Below are positions 34,731-46,551 of a stretch of 62,958 bases of DNA, piece by piece (the stretch's first letter is position 1; each line of letters opens with the position of its first letter). Position numbers and translations under genes: made by a program. The DNA is from Catajapyx aquilonaris (lineage: Eukaryota). The notes beneath the pieces were generated by a model that saw only the letters and a program-made list of their open reading frames with translations, was not told where the DNA came from and did no database searches. The DNA lies in the NCBI GenBank assembly GCA_000934665.2, contig KZ539250.1, forward strand, positions 1 to 62,958, read 5' to 3'.

Positions 34731-37510
34731 GGCGCCGGTTCACTCATGTCGTTACATATAGGCTGCCACACTGTGGGAAAATATTCTACTCCTGCTCTAA
34801 TGACTCTGTTTGCAACCACTGATTGAACTGTGTCGCTCTCTTTAAAAAAAAAATACAATGAAATATGCTATCTGATTATGGCACATTATGTGAAAATACA
34901 CAACATATATTTTCTCTCATTTGTTTCCACCAGATCTAAACAAAATATTCCTTCTGTGTTCCAATATTTTATTCCAAATTTTAAACAAGCGTTCAATACA
35001 TCTCATTTGCCGATTTAGGTGATGAGATGCTGCTATGGCATATTATGCCATTGTTTTAGTCGCAATCGTATTCCTATTAGAGTCGCTCTTACGCAATAAT
35101 TGTATATATCTAATTAAATTAGACGCTTACTTCATCTGGACAGCGTGTAGGTAGCATATGAAGCCATATGATATACATGTGATCTTCAATATTTTTTGTA
35201 TTTAACAATGCAGCCAGGAATTGTGCTCTTACTGGTTTATTAAATATTTGCATTTTCTTGTACCAAACCTTGTGGAATCATATCCTAGTATTAATTTATC
35301 GCGTACGAAGTGTTCTGTAAATGTTAATGTCTAACAAGAAATTAATGTTCATCCTATTTCAGAAACTATAATCACACTTCACTGTCCTTGACCCAATTAT
35401 GCTCTAAATCAACGATTCCTCCGTAATTAGTGACTCTTGACAAAATTTACCACCTAATTATTAAGCTTGGCAATTTTTTTTTGTAGGAAGCAGTTGCCAC
35501 AAAAATGTTTACAACTGAAAAGAGAAACATGTTGACAATTCCGATGCCTTTACAGTACGTTTCGAAGAAGCAAAAAAAAAACTAAATCAGATCTTAAATT
35601 ACACCACCGCTATTTTGATTTACGAGATGGCTGACTACTACAGTATCATCAGACTGTAAATGGGAACAAACAGCGTATAACTTGGTCAAGGGCTCTTTTG
35701 ATGTTTCCCCTCCGAAGAAAACCTCGGGTCTCGACCTTCTAGAGGGTTCCTAACATGACAAAAAATATATATGTGTTTTTTTGGCCAGACCATCTCTAAA
35801 GGGGACTTTGAGAGCTGGCAAGTCAAGCAGGAAGCTTCAGACTGATTGCCCTCCATCTCTGTCACGTCCTCCCTCAACAACTCCATAACTCGTCAACACA
35901 AATTCTCCACCCTCCTTGTCTCATTTTTTTTGGCATCATTTAAAGTCGACCTCTGGATACAGATAGGGACATCTATTGGACACTGGCTGTAAATTGTACA
36001 AAAATAAAACAACAATTATATAAAAGATAAACAACAAACGGGCCCCGATGTGTATTAACAAAAAAAACAACACTACATTTGGCTTTACACATAACTTGTC
36101 AGCAACAATGACAAATTCGTTACAGAAACATCACGAATTTAAAAAAAATGAAACATTTGGCACCATTTAATTGACTTGAGGCATGAAATAGAAAGATTCA
36201 GGCGGAAAACTTGGGAAGATTTAGCACCTCCGGTCCATATTGTGTCACTTGAGTCTGTATTGTTGAAGTCTTTTATTATATAATATTCCAAGAGAGCTCC
36301 TTCATTCGTTGGCCACCCATATTGAAACAGCAAAATGTGTGATGGAAGCACCAGTCATAGTCCATTAGCGTCGTCACAATCATCACGACGAATTTATGGC
36401 TATATTAATATCGTCAAATCATCCCTTTTTAACAGCAGCAGTGATAAGTTGGATGTTATTAGCATTCAATCATTGTGATTAAAAACATGCTGCATTTTAT
36501 ATTGTAACTTTGCTTGAGCCTCTTGGTCCACAAACCATAACCAACAGCAGAAAAGGCACTCACATTCTCTTCGTGCTCATTGTCTTTTTAAGCACCTTAG
36601 ATTAACTTGATCTTTCTCTTTAAATAGTTGTGCCTGGTAAAATAAATATAGGTGGTCATTAGGGTCAATAATATCCCATTGAGATCGTGTTGAGATAAAC
36701 GGTCAATTACAGGGTCAGACTGCATTGAAGGCCCACTGATCAAGTGTCTTTTTTTATATAGTTCATTTGGCAGATATCAATGTGGCTGTATTAGTTTTTA
36801 TAAGCTTAATTAGCAATGTGGATACAATGCTGCATTACCCTGCTGTTAATTATTTTCCTATTGACAGCAATAAGTTACAGTTTGCCGGAATAAATATCGT
36901 AAAATTACTGGGATGTATCCAAAAAACAATGCAAAAAAAATGTTGCTGAATATAATATTATTAAATAACAACGTACTCTAAAGAGCTAACTTGAAAGCAA
37001 ATGCATTGCTGGTAGTGTAATTAACTGCTAACATCTACAACGTCCTGGCTTCGAACCATTGTAATAATAATACATGTCATCAACACTACTTCAATAAATA
37101 CGATGTGGTATGCAATATGCAAATGACCTGCCTTTAGATCTAAGAGCATATTGTATAAACAATGAAACAGTAATGGCTGGATATGTTGCTCATTTGACCT
37201 AAAACATTACCCATCATGTTCACTATTCACTATAATAGAAAGCGATTGGAAGTGTAGATATATGACCATGTTGTTCTTTTGTATTAGTTAGAGAAAGTGT
37301 TAAAACTATAAACTGTGACCACGACCGGAATGAATTAAACTAACTAGTCCAGTCAACTGTTGATAACCGAAAAAAATGCTTTTTTTTATTTTTGCATAGA
37401 AAGAAAACTTGAAAGAAATTGGGTCCATAGTGTAAAGTAGTTGTACCCCACCCTGTGTGCAGTGAAAAAGACTCGTAGTATGATCTATACAGGGTCACAC
37501 GCTGCCTACA

Positions 37511-37588
37511 GTATAATCCTCAAAAAGATGGAGACGATTTTGCATTTTCAATACAAAAATGGTCTCAATCTTTTTGAGCGATATATAC
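37511..37588. mobile_element. Short palindromic (MITE-like) element, same family as 28-95
   Basis: GTATAATCCTCAAAAAGATGGAGAC ... GTCTCAATCTTTTTGAGCGATATATAC form an imperfect inverted repeat; the loop motif is shared with 28-95. Confidence 0.5.
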
Positions 37589-37958
37589 CACCCTGTACTT
37601 TATTTATCGATAGTTGACTGTCTACAAGAATTTGGAGGAAGTTTGCTATTTTCTCCAAGAGTCAGTCTTCAGGTGAGATATTTTTAATCCCCATTAATCC
37701 CAGCCCCTACACCCTGTTAAATAGAGAAATAGTGTTTAGTGGCCATTTTGTCCACACTCCAAGCGGACGATCCACAAAGTATCAGCAAGTATCAGGTTCG
37801 TGACTCGTCCGCCAGGTGCGTTCCCAACTCGACTCGCACGCAATTTAAATAAATGCAATTATTATTATTAATTAAACAACAGGCATTATCTACAAATGAG
37901 GCGTGGGTGAGGAGCGCCGGCGATGTCCCCTGGGAGGGGGCGTCGGCGCCTGTGAGTC

Positions 37959-39093
37959 TCATTGTGGAGATGGCGTCGGTGGGAGAATTGGGTGGTTGTG
38001 GGTGTGCAGGTGGGGGAGTGGGTGCGGGAGAGAGTGTGGGTGGGTGTGGGTGGCGAAATGTGGGTGCTGAGGAGGTGGGAGACATCTGGAGCATGATGGT
38101 AGGGGTAAAGGTGGGGTTAGCCCAGGGGCGGACACCCCCATTGAGGAGGTGCCTGTGGGCAACGAGGTGTCTCTGGGGCGTCGTGGGCGTCGGCAGCAGC
38201 AACGGCAGACGAACATGAGGGCCATCAGGAGCGCCAATGCCCCTGCACAATGCCAAGCAAACGCAAGGGACACCCACACCAATGCTGAGCTGTACTCATG
38301 GGCCCCCTCAGGTGTCCCATCCAATACAGACTTACGGACACTATCACGTATCGTCTCAGTGCCGTCCCTGCAAATATTGTCCACATTACTATTAAGAAGC
38401 AATAATTCAATTATTAGCTCACCAGTGCAAGAGGAACGCGCAGTGGACAAACCAGGATCCATGCAGCACTGCAAATAGAGCCCTTGCGAACCTCCAGAGG
38501 AACGGATGTGGTGAGCAGGCTGCAGCTTCAATCAGACAGCATGCAGCACAAGAGTAGATGGACACCACCAACAGAAAGTGGACATGCTGCTCCAGGACAG
38601 CCTCTCTGGCAAGGTGGAGATGGAACATTAGGCCCTCGATGGCAAAAGCGAGGGCCAACACCAGCCGGTCCATTCCTGGTGGGACAGCCAGTGGACAGTA
38701 GTGGACCAGGACATCAGCCAGTCCGGACAAGGCAAAGAACATGTAGATGGAAGCGTAGAGCATGTCTCCAACAGGCTGGAGAGAAGCGTTGGTTGAAGGG
38801 GCGGCCATGGCCACTGAGGCTGCGATGCCCAACCCTGTGATGGACAGCTTGATGACTCCTTCGGCCGGAACATTCCGCATCCTCCAGGAGCAGCTGCGAC
38901 GGTTGTCTCCGCCACGACGCTGCTTCTTCTTGCTTCGGGACCATCCGGAAGTGGAGGAAGCCTCGGAGGAAGAGATGGTGGCGTAGCTATGTTGCTGTTG
39001 CTCCATTTGCTCCAGGGCCACCTGCACGCCCCATTTCACTCCGAAAGCCAACATGGCCGCTCCTGGGAGGATGTAGCCTGCCAGCTGCCTCAT
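37959..39093 (-). CDS. TMEM45/DUF716-family multi-pass membrane protein
   Basis: Exons 39093-38423 and 38367-37959. The N-terminal GYILPG compares with TMEM45 GHALPG; other motifs are EGVIK, YMFFALSGLADVL, LALAFAIEGLMFHLH, LEQHVHFLL, LHGSWF and FAWH. The cytoplasmic tail is Cys/Pro/His-rich. Confidence 0.8.
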
Positions 39094-42000
39094 CCTGGTG
39101 ATGATGATGCAGATTCTACCCTATACAAATTGGCACTGCATTAGTCACAATGGGATGTATGAAAAAGCAATTACAAGTCCTCCCTAAACCAAAGAACGAT
39201 CTGACGTCACAACAACCGTGTTTTCTGGGCATGCGCAGAGCGATTCGATCATTTATTCTTTCGAATGAAAATGGGCAAAAAAAAATCCACTCAATGTAAG
39301 GGAAATCGGATTCTTTCGAGTAATTTTTTCACTCGATTTGACGAGTTAAAGTAAATCTTTGCGGAGTGAAATTCGCTCATAGCATTTTGCGAAATTGCTT
39401 TCATTTTTTTGAGTGTGAGATTTTCACTCATTTTTTTAAAGAGGGATATATACGTCCATTTTAAAGTGATCGACATGTGAAATCCATTGTTCTGTACTCC
39501 GCAAGCATGTCCGTCAGATAAATAATTAACTCCATGAAAGTGCTGCCGTTCAATGCTCCAGACCCGTTACACATCGAAGAAAGTTGTCGCCTACAGCAGT
39601 ATTGCAACGACCGCTAATATTGAATTTAAGCCCCTAAGGTCAACGTACCCAGAACCGGTGCTTGAAACTGTGTTGGACAAAGGCATTAAATTCGTGGTTA
39701 TATATTATATTATATCCGAATATTGTAGCGTATATATGACCTGTCAGTACTCTTCCTAATTAATATGTTACTATGCTGATGAGCCGACGCCCATGTCAAT
39801 TATTACATCATGCTCAACAATGGCTAATTACCTGCCCACTAATGTAGTGAAACATCATACCCTATAAGAAAAACTTGCTCCTTCTGCCAAACAAGTCTAA
39901 TTAGAAAACTTGTATACAAATAAATATTAAATTAAATTAATTTCTGCAACAGAGTAGCATCCGGATTAAAAAGTAAGATTCGTTCACATATTTTTGTGTG
40001 TGATGTGTGATCAGCAACAATGTACATCTTTGTAATACTTTGATTCAAATGAAAAGAGGCACTGACCTGGTGCAATGGTTAGGCGAGGTCAGGAGCAGGA
40101 GGCTGCAGGATGGAGCCCAATCTGCAGGTGCTTTTCTCTCGCTTATACCCGAAAACTTCAGTCTACGCAGCTCTATCGATTCGTAGCCCCCCCCCCCCCT
40201 CATCCTCTCACNGCCTGGACCGTACTATGGACCACGCCTGTTTCCAACCCTACACATTATAATAACATATATACTGTAGAAGCATACTTAATTATTCATT
40301 TTGGGGCAAGCCTCAAGGCGAATAGGGATGGGCTTGAATAGCATTGTTTAAGGGTTGGAATAATTTTTGAAACCAAGTTTAAATCGGATTTAAGTTTTGG
40401 GATGGCCATGAGTACCATTAGTAGCACGCTGAATAATTAATGGCTCGAGTGGTTTTTCCTACCCAGAAATAGCAGTTTTATACACAAGCTATCCGAAAGT
40501 TCGCATAAAACATTCAGCGTCTCCGTCGTTTAAAAAAAATACAAGGTGGTGCAGTGCTCAAGTCCCAATGTGACACAGAGGAATCTCTGCAACCCAGTTT
40601 AAATAAATGCAACTATCACTAGCGCTTACATAGAAAGAAGATATGGACTGTTTACTTAAACCATAAGAGGAAGCAACAATCACAAATTATTGATCTCTAC
40701 GTACATTGTCTGTTGATTTTGTTTAATGGTTTACTTCGCATAATAATTGCTAACTAATGAATATTGACTTCACTTTTAATTACAGCTCTTGTTATATCCA
40801 TACAGGGACATTACAGGGTAAATGACATTTAAAAAAATTATATCCAACAGTCTTCTTCTCTACAATTATTATAACTGCTGGGGACAATGCTCATAAATAT
40901 TAATTGCTCTCCTTACCTTTTATTACAACTCACCAGCACTTCATCGATGCATCCACCACTCAGCAAGCCTACATCATGTGTACAGGATACATATCCGAAA
41001 TAGCTAAGTGACGTCGTCATCTCCTGTGTTGCCACGTTACCTCAAGGCTCCATCCTAAGCTACTGTATAAAGTGACATGATTCATCTGACTTGATAATTT
41101 GCAGCCCTGCCCCCAGAATTTATTTATCACCCTGTACCAGGACGTTGAACCTCACCCTGTACATACTACCCCCCCCCCCCAAAAAAAAATATCCGTTCGC
41201 AATAATAAGTACCCAAGTTATTGATTTGAAGGAGTGCAAAAAAGCGTGGTATGCAGTAAATTTTGTAGCTGACAAAACGCGATTTGTGGAGGTGCAGCTA
41301 TAGCTTTTTATAGTATGTGGGCCTGCGCATTTTGATGATAGTTATGCAGGGCATTAATTAGGGGGCGGCTGGGAGGAGCAATATTTGCAGAGTGGAAGGG
41401 GAAAAGTACGTGTAAAGCAAACATTGCGTATACACTTGGCTTCTTTTTTCATTAGGCGTGTCAGGTCCTAGGTGATAATGTAATCCATGGGTCCATGTCA
41501 CCTAATCCGACCTAATCAAAGGTGAAAGGGTCGTCGCTTTTTATCGGTTTGGTTAGATAGAAAAAAAAGAGGACACGGTCAAGGTATGGAAGAACTGCAT
41601 GTGTCCAACATTTTTCAAAAAAATTTTGGTCGATATAACCATGCCATAAATCAAACTGTTTTTTAAACCAATTTTACATACTATTGTGCCACATGCAGGA
41701 ATTTTCTTTCACACCCTGTACACACTACATCGTCGCATCAGTTTATGGAAAATAGACACTACAAAGTACAGGAAACTTCACAGTAGTATACATCAGGTTA
41801 TGTTTTCAAAAAAAAGCTACAGTTTTTTTTCTCTCCCAAATTTCTATAAGTATAGAAGTCTATTATAGCAAGGTACAAAACAACGATTTGAGTGACGTCA
41901 ATCGTGTGAAAAGGCAACGGGATTGGAGGAAGGGTTGGGTGGGTGGAATATTATAGGTTTATACAATTCGATGTTTCCAAAATAATTTGAGTGGAAAATA

Positions 42001-42508
42001 TATTGGGAAGATAACTTTTTTTTAAAGTCCTCATATATCAGTTATAGGCAAGTTTTTCAACTAATTTTTTAAAACATTAATTTCAGGTTCACACGGGTAT
42101 TGTCTTTGGGTCGTTGCAACTATCACAACTTATCCATAAGACCCCCCCCAAGTTGCATCGAACCACATTTTTATGTGCATCTAATTACCGGTATGCAAAG
42201 TGCATGCCTGCATATGAATTAGTTAACAGGCTTAGTAATGCATGAGTTCTAGCAAAAAACTGGTCCCTCAAAAGGGCAGAGGTGGAAAAAAAACCCTCTC
42301 GGTTTTTAGCGAAATGATCTGTCAAGTTTGGCGTTTCATTTCATTCATAAAATGTATGAATTCATAGCAAAAAATGGGGAAGATTGGCCAAAAAAGTTGC
42401 GCAGTAGAAACAGGCACGGTGAAAAAATCTAGCCCTTCTATACCTGGTGTCTTGTAATTCAGACACGGTATATGTCAAATTGGAGCAACATTTTTTTTTG
42501 GAAGGGCT

Positions 42509-43017
42509 TCAGACAAATGTGACTTTGGCAGTGTTCTGCGTGGTCTGTGGTATGGCGTTGACTGTATTGAGAGCCTGAAGTGCAAGTCTGTTGCAGAGTC
42601 GTCCTCTTGAAGTGTTGTGCATCCATCTCTCTCTGGCTGCCTTCATGTACTGTTGGTACAGCTTAGTTTCCTCCATTTCACGCTGTTCCTTCCGCATGTA
42701 CTTGATCATCATGAAGACAATGCCGAATGAGTAGAATGCCAGAACAACCACGATGTAAATAAGCGCATCCTGGTCACTCTGACCAAATGGAACTTCTGTT
42801 GTTGTTTCGACTATATAGAGAAAGTTGATCAATATGTATACCACCAACTATAGGTACTAACAAAATTACCTGAAGCGTTAACAGGTGCAGCTTGCTGGTT
42901 CAGTAAGTACTCTTCCAGAAGCTTTGTGATGTTGGGACAGTTTAGGGAAGCTACAGCCGCTGCTGCCACAGGTCGCGACGTTGAGGTCACAGGAACACGC
43001 AATTCAGTCGAATTCAT
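42509..43017 (-). CDS. Small single-pass membrane protein, KCNE/MinK-like (149 aa)
   Basis: Exons 43017-42870 and 42810-42509 splice in frame (450 nt). There is no signal peptide. Three N-glycosylation sequons (NST, NIT, NAS) precede one TM helix, DALIYIVVVLAFYSFGIVFMMIKYMRK, followed by EETKLYQQYM; the C-terminus is VTFV. Confidence 0.75.
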
Positions 43018-45482
43018 TGTCGTTTTCTTCAAGCAAATTAAAAATTATTAATTGACGCACCCACACGCACAGGTGATTAATTACATAGTGTTTGGACCGC
43101 CATAATTCGAGGCATAATGAATGAACACGACATTTCCATTACGTCACACCGCACACAAACAGACCTCCATTGAGCTAAATAATCCAAAATGGCCTAAATG
43201 GCTTTTCTCTGTTTCAGTCCGTTTCTCTCTCCCTTTTGCCTTTTGTCTCCAGAAACTTGGAACCCCCGACGTCAGAATAGTGTACGGAAATAGCCTGGTC
43301 TCCAGGACAACGCCTGGATCCTATATACCATCGTCCCCCCCTCTCTCATTTCAATCCAAACCAATGGCGAGAGCAAGAGAGAGCAGCTTCCATCTTTAAT
43401 GGTCTTTATCAAGATCCATTAACCTTATTACTTCCGCCCTTCAACTCACAGCATTTTGCAGTAACAGCGAAATGTCTTTGCCCCCTTTGGTTTACACTTT
43501 GGTACACTGACCGCACAGAATTGCTCATTATGATGAGGTTGTCTGTGGCTAATTTGTTGGCTGCTGGTTACAGTCGTCAGCAGTGTCATATTTGCAGAAT
43601 AATTGGTGAATTATTTTTTTCCCCATTTACCTATACCCTTACGAACATAATGACTCCTAATTAATTCGATCCCTTGCATTATTTCGTGGTTAGCTACTAA
43701 CAATGCTCGATAGATTTCAAGGCTTTCTGCAATAATTTCACATGCGATATATTTGCAAAATTAAGCTGGATTTTAAACAAAATTCGCTTTTTTTCCTACT
43801 GAATGTTCGTTGGGTTGCATTATGCCAGGATGAAACAAGTTAGAGCCAATGCTCCAACAATAGCGCCCTAAAAAGTCGCCTCAACGAAATATGCATAATC
43901 AGAAATTTTTGCTTAATTTGAATTGATGATACTGCAATTGGGGCAAATAAATGTGAACTTGAACGTCATATCCAACAAGTGTCCTGCGTGGGTGTCAACA
44001 ATGGGATGACAACAAATCATTGAGCATAGTCTCTCAGTACAATAACTGATCATATATCAAGCCAACATGATCGAAAACATATCGAATGTTGTCCTAACAT
44101 GTAGCCTTCCCCCCCTCCAAAAAAAACGGAACCACCAGTTGCAAAAACGGTCAACGACACTTACAGTAGCCTACAGTAACAAACTTGCAAAACACATTAC
44201 GTGACAAAAAAAAATACATCGATCTGTCTCCAAGCGATGTTTTGACCTTACCTGATGGTGAGAATCACATGGCTCGACTTGCTATTAATGAACGTGTGGA
44301 ATCCGGAGTTTTTCTGTCCCTTTCTCTCTGCTTTTTTTGTGTGTGTCTGTCCGAATCGATATGTTCCTGTTCACCCCCCGGCGGCTGTGTGCTCTTACAG
44401 TCCCTCTTTTCTACAACATCCCCTATATCGACAGAACTCTCTACCACTACCTGTTACTCTCCAGTCTTGCGCCTGCGTCATCACTCATGTGCTACGTGCG
44501 CTCTAACCAATCAACGTTTTGTGCACACACACAAAAAAAATTTTTAATTAAAAATAATGGAAGTATACATTTTTTTTTTTTCGCTTGACGAAGACGCAAA
44601 AAGGGTTTTGAGAGCTTTTGGGTTGGATGTTATGGGCTATTGTGCAAAGTGCAGGAACTCGTAAAATGTGTATTGGACATGGGGTAAGAAAAGGCCAAGG
44701 AAAAGGCAGAGATTTATGTACAGGGTAAAGTATAGACGTTGGCATATTATAATGAGAAAAACTAGAGCAAACAATTCCGGATTGAGTTGTCTGAATAGAA
44801 ATGTCAATTTTGCGGGCACTCAAAGGTTGATTGAAGTAGTAAAAATTCAATAGTCGATCATTGCACAGCACTCAGCTGATTGCATAGGTAAACTGTTGCT
44901 CAATTGACGCTTTTGCTTCTATATGGGCCAATTTGGACAACCTGTAGCAACATAGTGCATCTATATCGAAATCACATTTTGCGATATGGACCTAGAAGCT
45001 TCAATATCATGCATGAATAATATTTGGCAAGGTTTTTTCCCTTCACGGTTGCATATTAGTGGAGCACCCCTACTTGTATTATCAGTAGAGGAGTTAACTC
45101 GCTATCTGGAATATTAGGAAAGGCACACACAACAGACTGGCTTCCTTATCTCCCCTTATATATTTTACTGTGCATGAGATTAACAAACCGAAACTATGTG
45201 AATTGACCAACTTTGCTTTCTGCTGAACATGTCTGAGAAAAGGCTCAGAATATATTCCACTTGTTTATAAAAGTTGTCACCATAATTTACACAACATGTC
45301 CAAATATAAAATGCCGACCCGGAATTCCTACAACAGTTATTTATAGTAAAGAGCCAAGGGCATCGATGCCACGAACCAATAAATCATGTGAAATATTGGA
45401 CGAATTATTATTATGCAACAAAAATCAACTTTTTAAATGTCCATGCCATGTACAGATTTTTGTTACTATTTCGCCATTTTTT

Positions 45483-46102
45483 TAAATAGCTAAGTTTTGA
45501 AAATGGCTGAACATCGCGCGCAATACAATGCTGACGTCAGCTGGAAAAAAAACCGTAACTCAAAATCCACATCCCTTGCGGCGAGAAAAGTAAGAAAGTG
45601 TTACCGAAAGCCACCAAGAGGTGGCGTTGAAGGAAGTGGGAAAAGGAACGGGCACCCCCACCTCCATCTGTTGGATGCTTTTGGTACCACTCCTTTTTTT
45701 TCTCGCCCCAAGGGAAAGTTGAGTTACGGTCTTCTTCCAGCGGACGGCAGAATGGACATGAAAAAATAGCTAAATTTTGAAAATGGCTGAAAAAGGTGCC
45801 TTTTTAACGATACAGTTTCATCAACATTGCGCGCAATACAATGCTGACGTCCGCTGGAAAAAAAACCGTAACTCAAAATCCACATCCCTTGCGGCGAGAA
45901 AAGTAAGAAAGTGTTACCAAAAGCCACCAAGAGGTGGCGTTGAAGGAAGTGGGAAAAGGAACGGGCACCCCACCTCCATCTGTTGGATGCTTTTGGTACC
46001 ACTCCTTTTTTTTCTCTCGCCGCAAGGGAAAGTGGATGTTGAGTTACGGTCTTCTTCCAGCGAAATTTTGAAAATGGCTGAAAATGAGGCCTTTTAACGA
46101 TA
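45483..46102. repeat. Tandem ~280-300 bp repeat (two copies plus the start of a third)
   Basis: AAATAGCTAA.TTTTGAAAATGGCTGAA...GAGTTACGGTCTTCTTCCAGCG repeats at 45483 and 45763, with a partial copy at about 46062. Confidence 0.9.
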
Positions 46103-46130
46103 AATTCCCACTGTTATTAGAATTATACAT

Positions 46131-46198
<68 letters not shown>
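46131..46198. repeat. (GAT)n microsatellite
   Basis: Direct tandem repeat. Confidence 0.95.
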
Positions 46199-46551
46199 CC
46201 GTCGGCAATCTATGAGTCATTTGGTCTTAATCTAATCTAATCGTGTCTACCTATGGGATTAAATAAGCCTCGCCTACTCAAACATGGCGCCAGGAAGTGC
46301 TGGCCACTAATCATCTCCAGTTACATAACTACAAAAAAAAAATCCTCCCTGGCCAATTATTTTTCCTCCCCCATCCATAACCGTCACATTTTTATCAAGT
46401 TGGGTTTGACCCCAATTTAGGTGGGGTGACATATCCTGTCAAAAAGTTTTGTCTCATCAATTTGGCAACACTGTTTCTTGCAGAGTTGCAGAGGGTGTGT
46501 TCCACTGACAAGAAAAGTTTGTTAATGAGCTCTGTTAATTAGGGGTTGAGG

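Noticed and set aside
36139..36400. Short minus-strand ORF that might be a decayed transposase or orphan exon
   Set aside because: No recognisable motif, flanking splice structure or terminal repeats.
45497..46097. Two similar ~90-106 aa ORFs (MKMAE...)
   Set aside because: They arise from a tandem DNA repeat; the copies differ by frameshifting indels and show no recognisable domain.
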